Origin: the human T2T-CHM13v2.0 reference genome, Homo sapiens
Assembly: GCF_009914755.1 (NCBI RefSeq)
Contig: NC_060929.1
Length of the DNA: 64,000 bases
Strand: one strand, 5' to 3'
The notes under the pieces are model-generated. The model was not told the DNA's origin and ran no database searches. It saw only the letters and a list, made by a program, of their open reading frames with translations. A program made the translations under genes and the position numbers. Every line of letters begins with the position of its first letter. The first letter of the stretch is position 1. Positions 62,712-64,000 of this stretch are shown piece by piece.

Positions 62712-63060
62712 CTATAAGCAATTATATTACTTAACAATAAAAAGAAATGAACTATTAATAGGCACAACAACATCGATGAACCTTATGATGAGTGAAAGTA
62801 ATCAAGCAAAAAAGAAGTACCTACCATATTATTCAATTTACATACAATTCTAGAAAATGAAATTTTCTAGAAATGAAAACAAATCTTTAGTGATGGAACT
62901 CAGATGGCTAGGTGTCTGGAGACCAGGAAGATCCGAGAGAGAAATTATAAATGGGCATAAGAAAAATTGGGGGGGCTTATAGATAAGTCAAAATGTATCA
63001 AATTGTACACTTCATACGTAGTTGATTTTGTCAATTATATCTCAGTAAAGCTGTTTAAAA
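62712..63060 (+). mobile_element. L1ME-type 3'-end fragment
   Basis: caataaaaagaaatgaacta..atcaaattgtacactt..aaagctgtt. Confidence 0.75.
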
Positions 63061-63163
63061 ATTGTAACTCCCAATGGCAAATCAGTTTGCTGGGTAAGAA
63101 AAGATCACTTTGCAAGTCACGCTAAGCTTTTATCTTTAATAAGTAATTAAGCTTTCATACAGA

Positions 63164-63565
63164 TTTTTTCAATTTGGAAAACATTTGAGCATGTTATCTT
63201 CAAATATTTTTGCTAATGCCAATTCTTTTCTCTCCCTTTTCTGCAATTCCAGTTCCATGTATGTTCGATGTTTTGATATTGCCACACAATCAAAAGATCG
63301 ATATGGTTATTTTTAATTTTTCCAATCTCTTTTTTCACTCTGTGCTTTGGTTGGTTTGTTTCTGTTGACTTATCTGCAAGTACAGTTATTTTTTTTTCTG
63401 ATTGTCCAATCTGTTGTTATAACCTCCAGTAAATTTTCCATCTTCTCAAATTTCTATTTGAATTTTTATAGTTCTCATTTCTCTACTGTGAACCGCTATT
63501 TGTTCATATATTATATCCATCTTTACCTTAAATCTTTGAAAATATTTATAATATAGTATTAAGAT
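63164..63565 (-). mobile_element. Old L1M ORF1-region fragment
   Basis: T-rich antisense ORF1 motifs tcttcaaatattttt..tccaatctgttgtta. Confidence 0.6.
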
Positions 63566-64000
63566 TCTTTTGGTTCCCAGAAATCTCTAAACATTTTTTC
63601 AGCACAAGTTATAAAACAATTGTGAATGCATGTTATTTTAGTCTGAGTAAATAGCTCTTTTATTTAATGTTTTATGTAATTTTGATATACTCCTCAGAGC
63701 ACAAACACTGAGCTCTTTAAACACAAACCCTTTCTACACAGGTTTATACAATATTTTGGACATATGAGATGTACACTGGATCTACCATTAAGAGTTCTGT
63801 TAGAACCACCATCACTGGAAGAAGGAATTTATTGATCTACTAAACTTTTCAATGGTTTCAATCTCATATTCAGTTACATATGTTACTAGTTGACCCATTA
63901 AAATAAGATGGCAAAAAAAACAACTCAACCTTTGGAATAGTTTTTTTTTCTCTTTAACAAGTTGTATATATTGTCTTCTGTCATAAATAAAACAAACAAA

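Noticed and set aside
1-64000. CRISPR arrays, prokaryotic operons, tRNA/rRNA genes, CpG-island promoter
   Set aside because: Sequence is primate nuclear DNA; no such structures were seen.

Overview
AT-rich primate (most likely human or great-ape) genomic DNA with no intact protein-coding gene, RNA gene or CpG island. Much of the window is old interspersed repeat: Alu, MIR, L2, L3/CR1, MER DNA transposons, MaLR/ERVL solo LTRs, an L1PA16, and a 16-kb four-level nested L1 stack at 36.5-52.6 kb. Main observation: the unique DNA between the repeats, translated by hand on the minus strand across stops and frameshifts, gives collinear fragments of a polycystin-1-family gene. The order is C-type lectin, PAN/apple, F-type-lectin-like, about 10 or more PKD repeats, REJ, GAIN/GPS, TM1, PLAT, then TM2-TM6. 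It runs from at least 61.6 kb down to 0.5 kb and probably continues past the left edge. Several exons keep splice sites with compatible phases, so this looks like an anciently inactivated, unprocessed pseudogene whose N-terminal architecture differs from the five known human PKD1-family genes. All domain and repeat-family calls are by-eye motif matches from memory of consensus sequences; no searches were run, and boundaries of old elements are approximate.
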